NCBI GenBank assembly: GCA_963716255.1
Contig: OY970303.1
Span: forward strand, 160,001 to 224,000
From: an uncultured Gemmatimonadales bacterium
GTDB lineage: Bacteria > Gemmatimonadota > Gemmatimonadetes > Longimicrobiales > Longimicrobiaceae
DNA: 64,000 bases
Direction of reading: 5' to 3'
The notes below the pieces were generated by a model that worked only from the letters and a program-made list of their open reading frames with translations, ran no database searches and was not told the DNA's origin. Shown here one piece after another: positions 39,795 through 50,073 of the stretch. Both the position numbers and the translations under genes were made by a program. How positions within the stretch are numbered: position 1 is the stretch's first letter; each line of letters opens with the position of its first letter.

Positions 39795-40087
39795 CCGCGC
39801 GAGGGGGCCGGCGCCGACAGGCACCGGCCCCTTGGTTGCGGCCCTTGACAGCACTGACGCAGTCGCCTATCACTATACGCACCTTAAACCTGCGACAGTA
39901 ACCCGTAGCACCGCCGGGCCGGTCCCGGCGAATCCCCAAGTCTCTGCCGGCGAACTCCGCGCCGGGCTTCACGATCCGGGAATTCCAATGTGCCGGCCGC
40001 GCACCCCTGCGGCCGCGTCGTTGTTTTCCATCCGTTCCACCCGCGGAGCGCCGCTCCGCATTCCCCCCCCCTCGCACGGAGGAACCC

Positions 40088-43000
40088 GTGAGACTTCGAA
40101 CGTCGTTGAAGGGAGCGCTGCTGGCATCGCTGCTGGCACTCGCTCCGGCCTGGGCCGACCCCCTGCTCGCGCAGGACGCGTCGGTCAGCGGCCAGGTCAC
40201 GGACCAGAACACAGGCCGGCCCCTGGCCGGCGCGCAGGTGACCCTCGGCGGGTCCTCGCTCCGCGCCGTGACGGGCGCCGACGGCCGGTACGGGATCGCC
40301 AACGTCCCCGCCGGGAGCTACAACCTGACCGCCTCGCTCATCGGCTACGGCGAGGTGCGGCGCGACGGCATCCGCGTCGCCGCCGGCACGCCGTCCGTGG
40401 TCAACTTCCAGATGACCTCGCAGGCGCTTACGCTGGACGAGCTGGTGGTCACGGGCGTGACCGACCCCACCTCGCTCACGCGGGTCCCGTTCACCGTCGG
40501 CAAGATCAACGAGGACAAGCTGGTCGTCCCCGCCGCCGGCTCGCCCATCGCGTCGCTGCAGGGCAAGATGGCGGGCGTGCAGGTGGTGCGCGGCAGCGGC
40601 CAGCCCGGCTCCGACGTCGCCGTGCAGCTCCGCAGCCCCACCAGCATCCAGCGCTCCACCGCGCCGCTCCTGGTGGTGGACGGGGTGATCCTCGGCTCCA
40701 GCTCGGTCGACATCGAGTCGCTGGACGTGGAAAGCATCGAGGTGCTCAAGGGCGCCGCCGCCGCCGGCCTGTACGGCTCGCGCGCCGGCTCGGGCGTGAT
40801 CCAGATCCGCACCCGCCGCGGGCGCAGCCTGCAGGACGGGACGCTGCGCCTCAACGCGCGCCAGGAGTTCGGCGTCAACTCGCTGATGCGCGACGTGCCG
40901 CTCTCCGGCAGCCACGAGTTCAACATCAACGGCGCCGGCCAGTACCTGACCTCCACGGGCGCGATCGCCACCACCCGCGCGCAGCGCACCGCCACCGAGG
41001 CGCGCTTCCAGGACCAGGCCTTCCCGGGGACCATCTACAACCCCATCAAGCAGTTCTTCGACCCGGGCAACTTCTCCAACACCTCGGTGTCGCTGTCGCA
41101 GAACCTCACCAACACGAACTACTACGTGTCGGCGATCGCGGCCCGCGAGGCCGGCGTCCTGCTCGAGAACGAGGGGCTGCGCCGCTACGACTTCCGCATC
41201 AACCTGGACCAGCGGGCTTCCGACAAGCTCAACTTCCAGGTGTCGGCGTACCACATGCGGTCGCACCGCGACGACCTGTCCGGGTCTCCGTTCCAGGACC
41301 TGCTGCTGATGCCGCGCGACGTGGACCTGCTGTCCAAGAACGAGAACGGCGAGTACCTGTACCAGCCGGATCCCACCGCGCCGCTGGAGAACCCCATCTG
41401 GCGCCAGACCAGCCGGGACAACAACTCCAAGCGCGAGCGGACCACCGCCTCGGTCGCGGGCCGCTACCAGCCGCTCGGCTGGCTCTCCTTCGAGGGCGAC
41501 TTCGCGTACGACCGGTCCAACCGCTTCTCGGACCAGTACGTCCCCAAGGGCACGCCCTTCCTCAGCGGGACCGACCCGCAGGGAACGCTGCAGAACGACC
41601 AGACGTCGGCGGACGCGATCAACGCCTCCTTCGGCGCCACCCTGCGCGGCGACATCGGCGCGCTGAGCACGCGCACTGTGCTCCGCACGCAGGCGGAGAA
41701 GGAGGACGAGTACTTCTTCCGCGCCTACGGCGAGGGTTTCGTCACGCGCGGCGTGCCGGACCTGGACCAGGCCCGCACCCGGACGGTGAGCTCGGCGTCC
41801 GAGGACATCCGCTCCAACGCGTACCTGCTCAACACCAACTTCGACTACGCGGGCCGCTACATCCTCGACCTGGCCGGGCGCCGCGAGGGCAGCTCGCTCT
41901 TCGGGCCCGACGAGCGCTGGCAGAACTACTACCGCGCGAGCGCCGCCTGGCGCATGGCGGAGGAGTCGTGGTGGCCGGTCTCCTGGATCCAGGAGTTCAA
42001 GCCGCGCTACTCCGTGGGCACCGCCGGCGGCCGCCCCAACTACGCGGACCAGTACGAGACCTACGCGGTCACCAGCAGCGGCGCCATCTCGCTGGGTGAC
42101 AAGGGCAACCGCGAGCTCCGCCCGGAGCACGCCCGCGAGCAGGAAGTCGGCGTCGACATGATCGGCTTCAACGGCCGCGTGTCGCTGCAGCTGTCCTACG
42201 CCAACGTGGTCACCACCGACCAGATCATCCAGCTCCCGCCCAAGGGCGCCACCGGGTTCTTCTCCCAGTGGGCCAACGGCGGCACCATGACGGGCAACAC
42301 CCTGGAGGCCACCCTGGAGGCGCAGCTCGTCCAGCGCGGCGACATGAGCTGGAGCGTAGGACTCATCGCCGACCGCTCCCGCCACAAGATCACGGAGTGG
42401 GACCGCAGCTGCTTCGTATCGGGCGTGACCTACCGCTGCCTCAACGAGACGCTCGGCATCTACTACGGCCGCCGCTTCCTCTCCGGGATGGACCAGCTGC
42501 CGGCGAACCTGCAGCCGTTCGCCGACCAGTTCACCGTGAACGACGACGGCTACGTGGTGTGGGTCGGCCAGGGGAACAGCGCCGCGGACGGCACCAAGCG
42601 CAACACCGCCGGCCAGCTCCTGTGGAACACCTCCGGCACGGTCGCCGGGCGCGCGGTCCGCTGGGGCCACCCGCTGGTGCAGCTCGACTCGCTGGGCGCG
42701 CCGGCGCTGGTCCGCATCGGCGACGGGCTTCCCCGGTTCCACTGGGGCCTGACCAACTCGTTCCGCCTGGGCGGGCTGTCGGTGTTCGGCGTGCTGGACT
42801 CGCAGGTGGGCGCCGAGGTGTACAACAGCACCAAGCAGCGCATGTACCAGTACTTCCGCCACGCGGACGTGGACCAGGCCGGCAAGGCCGAGGAAGACAA
42901 GAAGCCGATCGACTACTACTTCACGGTCTACAACGGCAACAACCCCACGGAAAGCTTCGTGGAGGACGCCTCGTACGTGAAGCTGCGCGAGCTCTCGGTG

Positions 43001-43216
43001 CAGTACCAGATCTCGCCGCGCCGCTTCCGCCTGCTCCGCGGCGTGGGTGCGGAAACCGCGACGATCGGGCTGGTGGGCCGGAACCTGTTCACGTGGACCA
43101 ACTTCACCGGGTACGACCCCGAGGTTTCCGCGGGCAGCGACACGCAGCTGCTCGAGGACAACTTCGTGTACCCGAACTACCGGACCGTGACCGCCCTGAT
43201 CGAGTTCAGCTTCTAG
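40088..43216 (+). CDS. SusC/RagA-type TonB-linked outer-membrane protein (pair 2)
   Basis: PLLVVDG, SIEVLKGAAAAGLYGSRA, YVKLREL, C-terminal F. Confidence 0.93.
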   Translation: MRLRTSLKGALLASLLALAPAWADPLLAQDASVSGQVTDQNTGRPLAGAQVTLGGSSLRAVTGADGRYGIANVPAGSYNLTASLIGYGEVRRDGIRVAAGTPSVVNFQMTSQALTLDELVVTGVTDPTSLTRVPFTVGKINEDKLVVPAAGSPIASLQGKMAGVQVVRGSGQPGSDVAVQLRSPTSIQRSTAPLLVVDGVILGSSSVDIESLDVESIEVLKGAAAAGLYGSRAGSGVIQIRTRRGRSLQDGTLRLNARQEFGVNSLMRDVPLSGSHEFNINGAGQYLTSTGAIATTRAQRTATEARFQDQAFPGTIYNPIKQFFDPGNFSNTSVSLSQNLTNTNYYVSAIAAREAGVLLENEGLRRYDFRINLDQRASDKLNFQVSAYHMRSHRDDLSGSPFQDLLLMPRDVDLLSKNENGEYLYQPDPTAPLENPIWRQTSRDNNSKRERTTASVAGRYQPLGWLSFEGDFAYDRSNRFSDQYVPKGTPFLSGTDPQGTLQNDQTSADAINASFGATLRGDIGALSTRTVLRTQAEKEDEYFFRAYGEGFVTRGVPDLDQARTRTVSSASEDIRSNAYLLNTNFDYAGRYILDLAGRREGSSLFGPDERWQNYYRASAAWRMAEESWWPVSWIQEFKPRYSVGTAGGRPNYADQYETYAVTSSGAISLGDKGNRELRPEHAREQEVGVDMIGFNGRVSLQLSYANVVTTDQIIQLPPKGATGFFSQWANGGTMTGNTLEATLEAQLVQRGDMSWSVGLIADRSRHKITEWDRSCFVSGVTYRCLNETLGIYYGRRFLSGMDQLPANLQPFADQFTVNDDGYVVWVGQGNSAADGTKRNTAGQLLWNTSGTVAGRAVRWGHPLVQLDSLGAPALVRIGDGLPRFHWGLTNSFRLGGLSVFGVLDSQVGAEVYNSTKQRMYQYFRHADVDQAGKAEEDKKPIDYYFTVYNGNNPTESFVEDASYVKLRELSVQYQISPRRFRLLRGVGAETATIGLVGRNLFTWTNFTGYDPEVSAGSDTQLLEDNFVYPNYRTVTALIEFSF

Positions 43217-43241
43217 CCTTCACTCAACGAGACCAGAGCCG

Positions 43242-44849
43242 ATGAGAAATAAATTGAAGAAGGGGCTGGCCGCCGCGGGTGCGGCGCTGCTCCTCGCCGG
43301 GTGCCAGGACCTCACGGTCCCCAACCCGAACGCTCCGGACATCGACCGGATCTACCAGGACCCGGTCGACGTGGAGGCGCTGGTGGCGAGCGCGTGGCGC
43401 CCCTACTGGAACTACACGCAGGGGATGATCGACGCGAGCCTGGGCGTGGCGGCCATGGGCGACGAGATGACCGCCACCTTCACCAACGTGGGGGTGCTGG
43501 ACCTGAACACCGAGCCGCGCGCAACGTTCAACAACGACCCGGCGTACGCGAACCGCTTCGTCAACCAGGGCCCGTGGTACGCCTGGTACGGCGCGATCAA
43601 CAACGCCAACAACGGGCTGCGCTACGTCAACGGCATCGGCGGCCCGGCGCAGAAGCTGATGATCGAAGGGGTGGACCGTTCGGCGCGGGGACGTGCCTTC
43701 GCCAAGTTCACCCAGGGGCTGCTGCACGGCTACTACGCCATGTACTACGACAAGTCGTACGTGGTGTCCGAGGACCGTGACATGCAGGACCCGGAGGTGC
43801 TGCGCCAGCTCCAGCTCAAGCCGTACGCGGAGGTCCGCGACTCGGCGGTGGCCATGCTCGCCGAGGCGGCGCGCCTGGCGGCGGCGGACACCTTCACGCT
43901 GCCGATCACCTGGATCAACGGGCTCACGCTCCGCAACACGGACCTGGTCCGGCTGGCCAACAGCTACGCGGCGCGCACCCTGGCGTACTCCGCCCGCACC
44001 CCCACGGAGCGCGCGGCGGTGAACTGGGCCGAGGTGATCCGCCTGGTGGACGCGGGGATCACGGCGGACCACGCGCCCGTGGGCGACGTGAACCTGCTGT
44101 CCAGCCTGTACAAGGCCTACACCCAGTGGTCGGTGAACACCGCCGCCGGGATCCGCGCCTGCGACGGCGGCACCACCATCTCCATGCGGATCGACACCAA
44201 GATCATCGGGCCGGCGGACACCACCGGGCAGTACCAGGCGTGGCTCGCCAAGCCCGTGGCGCAGCGGACCAAGATCACGATCCGCACCCCGGACCGCCGC
44301 GTGGAGGGGGCGGCCGCCCCGGTGGCCGGCGTGCCGGCCAACGGGAGCTACTTCCGCTACTGCACCAGCGACGGGCAGTTCAACACCGGGCGCGGACTCT
44401 ACAACTTCTCCAACTACCAGTGGTTCCGCCTGGGCGGCAACTACCGGGCGGGCGCGCTTCCCATCGTGACCCGGGCGGAGATGGATCTGCTCAAGGCCGA
44501 GGGGCTCCTGCGCAGGGGTGACGCGGCCGGCGCCGCGGTGGCCATCAACCGGAGCCGGGTGACCAACGGCCAGCTCCCGCCGGTGACCGCCGCCGGGGTT
44601 CCGGTGAGCAGCGGCTGCGCTCCGCGCAACGCCGCGGGCGCCTGCGGCAGCCTGATGGACGCGATCATGTACGAGAAGGGGATCGAGGGGGCCGGCGTCG
44701 ATCCGTTCGTGCGCTGGTTCGACAACCGCGGGTGGGGGCAGCTTCCCAAGGGGACGCCCCTGCACTTCCCCGTCCCGGGCCGCGAGCTGGCCGCCATCCA
44801 GATTCCGTTCTACACCACGGGCGGCAGCAACCCCGGCAGCGCCGAGTAA
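43242..44849 (+). CDS. SusD/RagB-like lipoprotein (pair 2)
   Basis: Lipobox LAGC-QDLTVPNPN; clear paralogue of 33789-35393. Confidence 0.85.
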   Translation: MRNKLKKGLAAAGAALLLAGCQDLTVPNPNAPDIDRIYQDPVDVEALVASAWRPYWNYTQGMIDASLGVAAMGDEMTATFTNVGVLDLNTEPRATFNNDPAYANRFVNQGPWYAWYGAINNANNGLRYVNGIGGPAQKLMIEGVDRSARGRAFAKFTQGLLHGYYAMYYDKSYVVSEDRDMQDPEVLRQLQLKPYAEVRDSAVAMLAEAARLAAADTFTLPITWINGLTLRNTDLVRLANSYAARTLAYSARTPTERAAVNWAEVIRLVDAGITADHAPVGDVNLLSSLYKAYTQWSVNTAAGIRACDGGTTISMRIDTKIIGPADTTGQYQAWLAKPVAQRTKITIRTPDRRVEGAAAPVAGVPANGSYFRYCTSDGQFNTGRGLYNFSNYQWFRLGGNYRAGALPIVTRAEMDLLKAEGLLRRGDAAGAAVAINRSRVTNGQLPPVTAAGVPVSSGCAPRNAAGACGSLMDAIMYEKGIEGAGVDPFVRWFDNRGWGQLPKGTPLHFPVPGRELAAIQIPFYTTGGSNPGSAE

Positions 44850-44904
44850 GGCGTGAAGCCGGTCCGGGCCCCGGCCCGGACCGGCCGACCGGGCAGGCAG
44901 CAAG

Positions 44905-44944
44905 AAAGAGGGGGCTCCCGCGATCCGCGGGAGCCCCCTCTTTT
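44905..44944. terminator. Rho-independent terminator
   Basis: AAAGAGGGGGCTCCCGCG/CGCGGGAGCCCCCTCTTTT. Confidence 0.8.
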
Positions 44945-44989
44945 CGCCTCCGGACAAGGGGATGGACGGCCGGCGCTTCGAATGGTGCG

Positions 44990-45153
44990 GTGTTCGGGGT
45001 CGGCCGGGCGAGGCTCCTCCGGCGGTGCGACACCCGAAGGGACTCGCAGAGCACTCGCCCACTGGTGGAGCAGGTCCGCAGGATCACGCTGGCTTCGAAC
45101 AAACGCACCGCCTGCGGACCCTCCCCCGACCTCCCGGCGCAGATCCCAGTACG
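44990..45153. repeat. Family C structured repeat, copy 2
   Basis: Near-identical to 6499-6660. Confidence 0.85.
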
Positions 45154-45161
45154 ACAGGAAA

Positions 45162-45213
45162 CCCTCCCCCAGAATTGGGGGAGGGTGGCGAGCCTAAGCG
45201 AGCCGGGTGGGGG
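45162..45213. repeat. Family B' REP-like element
   Basis: CCCTCCCCCAGAATTGGGGGAGGGTGGCGAGCCTAAGCGAGCCGGGTG. Confidence 0.8.
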
Positions 45214-45240
45214 CCTCCCGCGGACGCCAGCACGATGCCC

Positions 45241-45369
45241 GCGTGAGGGATTTCGGCCCGAAGGGGCGAGACCCGCGGGCAGTTTCGCGGGGCTCGACTC
45301 CGTTACGCACGGTTGTTTCGTGCGTTACGGAGCCGAAGCCCGACCCCGGCGCCAGCCGGGGGCACGCCC
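45241..45369 (-). repeat. Family A element, copy 6
   Basis: Reverse complement of the consensus. Confidence 0.9.
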
Positions 45370-45415
45370 GAACCCCGCCCTTTAAAAACCCGTCGTTCCA
45401 ACCGGAGTTCCGGAA

Positions 45416-45874
45416 TCACGCCCCCTCGCGCGAGGTGGAGACCATGATCGCCCCCTCCACGCGAAAGGATGCAAGACCCGGGAGCGACTTGGCCGCCGCG
45501 GCGTCCATGTAGCGTATGGAGGTGATGGGGATCACTTCCAGGCGCCGCAGCATGTCGATGCTGCCCAGCCGGCTTCCGTTGAGGTACACGAGGATGGAGG
45601 GCGGGACCCCGCGGCTGGAGGTGGCGTTGCGGCTGCGCAGCCAGAACGGGCGCAGGCGCTCCACCGCCTCGTAGGCGTTCATGGCGCCGGAGCGCTGGAT
45701 CTCCTCCACCGTGATCACCGTCATGTCGCGCCGCGTCCCCGACGTCCGGACCACCGTCCCCGAATCCGCCGCGATGCCGGCGGATGCCGCGCCCGGCGCG
45801 CTCCCGCCCGACGCGCACCCCGCCGCGGCGGCAACGAGCGCCAGCGACAGGGTCCCCGTTCGCACTCGGCTCAT
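45416..45874 (-). CDS. Small lipoprotein with stand-alone TonB-receptor plug-like domain
   Basis: Lipobox AAGC; VITVEEI...NAYEAVERLRP-x-WL, VYLNG, ITSIRYM...GAIMVST; ATGA coupling. Confidence 0.72.
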   Translation of the reverse strand: MSRVRTGTLSLALVAAAAGCASGGSAPGAASAGIAADSGTVVRTSGTRRDMTVITVEEIQRSGAMNAYEAVERLRPFWLRSRNATSSRGVPPSILVYLNGSRLGSIDMLRRLEVIPITSIRYMDAAAAKSLPGLASFRVEGAIMVSTSREGA

Positions 45875-48800
45875 CTGCGCTCCTCCTGTTGCTGGGTTTC
45901 CGCGCGGCCGGAGTCCGGGTCCGTCCCGGCTCTCTCCACCCGCACCGTCCTGCGCATCCGCTCCCCGCCCGCCTCGATGGTCACCAGGTACTCGCCCGGG
46001 CGCACGATCGCTCCCTGCCGCCCGAAGCCGCCGCCTCCCCCCTGCCCTCCCCCGCCGCCCTCCTGCTCCGCCGCGAAGGGCACCTCCGCCGGGCGCAGGT
46101 TGGGCTCGTCGGCGCGCCGGCGACCCGCCGCCGGGCGGGCCTGCGTGGTGTCCGCCCGCGGGGCGCGCGTGGTGTCGGCGCCGGCCGCCGGGGCGCGCGC
46201 GGTGTCCGGGCGCTGCGCCCTGCGGCGTGCCGCGAGGGCGCTGTCGCGCGCGGCGGCGGGGCCCAGCGGCCGCGGCCCGGCGCGCAGGTCCCAGAACACG
46301 CGGTGCGTGCCGGCGCTCCCCGGCGCGCGGAAGACGCGCACCGTGTCGCCGCGCACGTCGGTGACGACGACGCGGGCGCTGTCGCGCTGCCCGCCGCGAG
46401 CGAGGCGGTACGCCAGCGACGCCCCGAAGGGCGGGTTCTCGCCCGTGAACAGCTTGTTGCCCGTGTTCCCGCCCTGGAAGGTGGGGGCGTACAGGTACGC
46501 CGGAGGGATTGAAAAGAAGAACGCGGGCCGGGCCGCCACGCTGTCGGCCATCTCCTGGAGCGGGGCCACGTCCACCACCCACACCGAGCGGCCGTGCGTG
46601 CCGGCGATCAGCTCGCGGTCGCGCGGGTGCACCCGCAGGTCGTGCACGGGGACGGTGGGGAGCCCGTTCATGAAGCGCTGCCACGTGCGCCCGCGGTCGG
46701 TGGACACGTACGCCGCCACGTCGGTGCCCACGTACAGCAGGTCCCGGTTGCGCGGGTCCTCGCGCACCACGTGCACGAACGCCGGGCCCTCGCCGGGGAG
46801 CCCGCCGGCGATGGAGCGGAAGCTGCGCCCGCCGTCGCCGGAAGCGTACAGGTACGGGGTGAAGTCGTTGGTGCGGTGCCCGTCGAAGGCCACGTACACG
46901 GTCGCCGAGTCGAAGCGCGACGGCTCGATCCGGCTCACGTACGTTCCCTCGGGGAGCCCCGGGAAGCGCCCGGTGAGCTCGGTCCAGGCGCCGCCGTCGT
47001 CGCGCGTCGTCCACACCCTGCCGTCGTCCGTGCCCGCCCACAGCACGCCGGGCCGCAGCGGCGACTCGGCGAGCGCCACCACGGTGCCGTACGTCTCCGC
47101 TCCGGTGGCGTCGCGGGTGATCCCGCCGGTGGTCTCGGTGCTGACGCGGATCCTGTCCATGTCCTGCCGGGACAGGTCCGGAGAGATGGGGACGAACACG
47201 TCGCCACGGTTCACCGACCGGAGCACGCGGTTCCCGCCCGCGTACACCACCGAAGGCGAGTGCGCCGACAGGAAGAAGGGGGTGTTCCAGTTGAAGCGCA
47301 TGGACCCCGCGGAATCGGCCCGTGCGCGCTCGCGCAGGGCGGCCAGGCGCCGGCTCACCTCGGGGGTGGCGGGCAAGGCCGTGTCGCCGCGGGCGACCAC
47401 CAGCGAGTCCTCGAACATCTGCCGCCGGCCGCGCCAGTTGCCGCTGCGGATCGCGGTGCGCTCCCCGGTGCGCAGGTCCAGCCGCGAGATGTTTCCGCCC
47501 TGCGACTCGCTGTAGACGATGTCCGGGTCGACCGGGTCGTTGGCCGTGTAGAAGCCGTCGCCGCCGCCCACGTTGAACCAGTCGGCGTTGGTGATGCGGT
47601 CGCGCGTGCGGCTGGGCCCGCACCAGGAGCCGTTGTCCTGCAGGCCGCCGCATACGCGGTAGGGCTTCTGCATGTCGTGGCTGACGGCGTAGAACTGCCC
47701 CAGCGGCAGGGTGTTGACGAAGTCGAAGGTCCCGCCGCGGTCCCAGGTGACCCCCACGCCGCCGTCGCTCCCCAGGATGAAGTGCTCGGGGTCGGACGGG
47801 TCGATCCACATGGCATGGTAGTCCACGTGCAGCCCGCGCCCGCCGGTGCGAACCGTCCTTCCCCCGTCGTCCGAGAAGCTGAACTGCGTGGCCAGCCAGT
47901 AGACGCGGTCGGGGTTCCGGGGGTCCACCCGCACCTGCGAGTAGTAGAACGGCCGGTTGTTGCGGTCGTTCATCCGCCGCCACGTGCTCCCCCCGTCGTC
48001 CGAGCGGTACAGCCCGCTGGGCGACCGCTGCCTCACCGTATCGCCCCGTGCGCGGCGGAATTCGGCGCGCGGCAGGGTGTCCGCCTCCACCATGGCGTAC
48101 ACCACGTCCGGGTTGCTGGGCGCGATTGCGATGCCGATGCGCCCCTTGGTCGTGGCGGGAAAGCCGCCTCCCCGCACCTCGGTCCAGCTGCGCCCCGCGT
48201 CCGTGCTCTTCCACAGCCCGCTCCCCGGCCCGCCGCTGCGCAGGAAGTACGGCCCCCGCACCCGCTCCCAGCTCGCCGCGAACAGCGTGCTGGGGTCGCG
48301 CGGGCTCATGGCCACGTCCACGAACCCGGCCCGGTCGCTCACGAACTTGACCCGCTGCCAGGTGGCGCCCCCGTCCGTGGTCTTGTACAGCCCGCGCTCC
48401 GGGTTTGCGTCCCAGATGTGCCCCAGCGCCGCCACGTACGCGGTGTTTGGGTCGGTGGGGTGCACCACGATCCGGCCGATCGCCTCCGTCCGCTCCAGCC
48501 CCACGCGCGTCCAGCTGCGCCCGCCGTCCCCGGACCGGTACACGCCGCCCCCCGGCGAGATGGAGTTGCGCGAGTCCTCCTCGCCGGTGCCCGCGTACAG
48601 CACCTCCGGGTCGGAGGGGGCGATGGCCAGGTCGCCCATGGAGATCACCGCCTCGCGGTCGAAGACGGGCTGGAAGGTGGTGCCGCGGTTGGTCGTCTTC
48701 CAGATCCCGCCGGCCGCGGCCACCACGTAGAAGGTCTTGGGGTCGGAGGGGACGCCCTCGATGTCGGTGACGCGCCCGCTCATGTTGGCGGGGCCGATGG

Positions 48801-48912
48801 AGCGCCAGCGGAAGAGCGCCAGGGAAGCCGAGTCGAGCGGGGTGGTGAGCTGTGCGTGGAGCGGCGCGGCCGCGAGCAGGAGCGCCGCGGCCGCCAGCGG
48901 GGGAAATCGCAT
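45871..48912 (-). CDS. Secreted BNR/Asp-box (VPS10/sortilin-like) beta-propeller protein
   Basis: WRSIGPANMSGRV, repeated S/T-x-D-G-G-x-T/S-W boxes, GGLQDNGSW, GTHGRS. Confidence 0.88.
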   Translation of the reverse strand: MRFPPLAAAALLLAAAPLHAQLTTPLDSASLALFRWRSIGPANMSGRVTDIEGVPSDPKTFYVVAAAGGIWKTTNRGTTFQPVFDREAVISMGDLAIAPSDPEVLYAGTGEEDSRNSISPGGGVYRSGDGGRSWTRVGLERTEAIGRIVVHPTDPNTAYVAALGHIWDANPERGLYKTTDGGATWQRVKFVSDRAGFVDVAMSPRDPSTLFAASWERVRGPYFLRSGGPGSGLWKSTDAGRSWTEVRGGGFPATTKGRIGIAIAPSNPDVVYAMVEADTLPRAEFRRARGDTVRQRSPSGLYRSDDGGSTWRRMNDRNNRPFYYSQVRVDPRNPDRVYWLATQFSFSDDGGRTVRTGGRGLHVDYHAMWIDPSDPEHFILGSDGGVGVTWDRGGTFDFVNTLPLGQFYAVSHDMQKPYRVCGGLQDNGSWCGPSRTRDRITNADWFNVGGGDGFYTANDPVDPDIVYSESQGGNISRLDLRTGERTAIRSGNWRGRRQMFEDSLVVARGDTALPATPEVSRRLAALRERARADSAGSMRFNWNTPFFLSAHSPSVVYAGGNRVLRSVNRGDVFVPISPDLSRQDMDRIRVSTETTGGITRDATGAETYGTVVALAESPLRPGVLWAGTDDGRVWTTRDDGGAWTELTGRFPGLPEGTYVSRIEPSRFDSATVYVAFDGHRTNDFTPYLYASGDGGRSFRSIAGGLPGEGPAFVHVVREDPRNRDLLYVGTDVAAYVSTDRGRTWQRFMNGLPTVPVHDLRVHPRDRELIAGTHGRSVWVVDVAPLQEMADSVAARPAFFFSIPPAYLYAPTFQGGNTGNKLFTGENPPFGASLAYRLARGGQRDSARVVVTDVRGDTVRVFRAPGSAGTHRVFWDLRAGPRPLGPAAARDSALAARRRAQRPDTARAPAAGADTTRAPRADTTQARPAAGRRRADEPNLRPAEVPFAAEQEGGGGGQGGGGGFGRQGAIVRPGEYLVTIEAGGERMRRTVRVERAGTDPDSGRAETQQQEERR

Positions 48913-49053
48913 CGCTTTCCCTGACGTGCGGGTGGAATACGGAGCCATCGCCGCGCGGGGGGAACGTGCGCGCCGACGTACGGGGGATGCCAGGAACATC
49001 TTATGCGGCGCGCCGGCCCCGCGCCATGGTTCCGCGGGCGCCCGGGGCCCGGC

Positions 49054-49860
49054 CTATTTGCGCAGGTCGGCGGCGTAGGCGAGCACCTCCGGGTCCGCTT
49101 CGGGGATCTGCGGGTCCATGTGCTCCAGCGTGTCCGCCACGATCCCCGCCACCAGGTAGTCGCGGGTCGTCTTGTCGTCCGCCGGCACCACGTACCAGGG
49201 CGCGTGCTTCGTGCTGCAGCGGGCGAAGACGTCGCGGTACGCGTCCGTGTACTCGTCCCAGAGCATCCGGTCCTGGAGGTCGGTGGGATCGAACTTCCAG
49301 CGCTTCTCCGGCTTGTCCAGCCGCTTGAGCAGGCGCTTGCGCTGCTCGCCGCGGGAGATGTGCAGGAACAGCTTGACCACGGTGATCCCGCTCTGGACCA
49401 GGATCTTCTCGAAGTCGTTGATCTGCTCGAAGCGCGCCCGCCACACCTCCTCCGGCACCAGGCGCCGGACGCGGGCCGCGAGCACGTCCTCGTAGTGGGA
49501 GCGGTTGAACACCCCCACCTGCCCGAACTCCGGGACCGCGCGGTGCACGCGCCACAGGAAGTCGTGCTTCCGCTCCTCGCCCGCCGGGGCCGCGAAGGAG
49601 GTGAGCGCCATGCTCTGCGGGTTCACCGCCCCGAAGACGCGGCGGATGGTGCCGTCCTTGCCGCCGGTGTCGCGGGCCTGGAGGACGAAGAGCGCCGCCC
49701 GCTTCCCCTCGGCGTACAACGCCGCCGCCGCCTCGTCGATGCGCTCCAGCCGCGCGGCGAGCTCCTCCTTGAGCTTCGATCCGTCGGGAACGCCGTCGGG
49801 CGGGGCGGCGTCGTTGCCGGACAGGGGGGGGACGGCATCGGGGTCGACGGGGCGCAGCAT
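49054..49860 (-). CDS. ppk2: Polyphosphate kinase 2 (class III-like)
   Basis: LQARDTGGKDG, HDFLWR, FNRSHYEDVL, APWYVVPAD. Confidence 0.92.
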   Translation of the reverse strand: MLRPVDPDAVPPLSGNDAAPPDGVPDGSKLKEELAARLERIDEAAAALYAEGKRAALFVLQARDTGGKDGTIRRVFGAVNPQSMALTSFAAPAGEERKHDFLWRVHRAVPEFGQVGVFNRSHYEDVLAARVRRLVPEEVWRARFEQINDFEKILVQSGITVVKLFLHISRGEQRKRLLKRLDKPEKRWKFDPTDLQDRMLWDEYTDAYRDVFARCSTKHAPWYVVPADDKTTRDYLVAGIVADTLEHMDPQIPEADPEVLAYAADLRK

Positions 49861-50073
49861 GGGCTCGTGGGGGTCGGGGTGAACGGGGGCGCGAGCGGGA
49901 CGCCGGCCGTGTCCGCAGCATGCGCGCCAGCGCGGGCGGCGGGGCGGATTCCGGGGGGCGTGTCCGGTTCCGTCCGGGTTCCGCGCATGACGGTGTGGAC
50001 GGGACGCGCTCCCGCCCGGCGCGGGACCTCGCCCGCGCCGACCCCATCTTCCCGGACCGGAGGGATTCGCACC

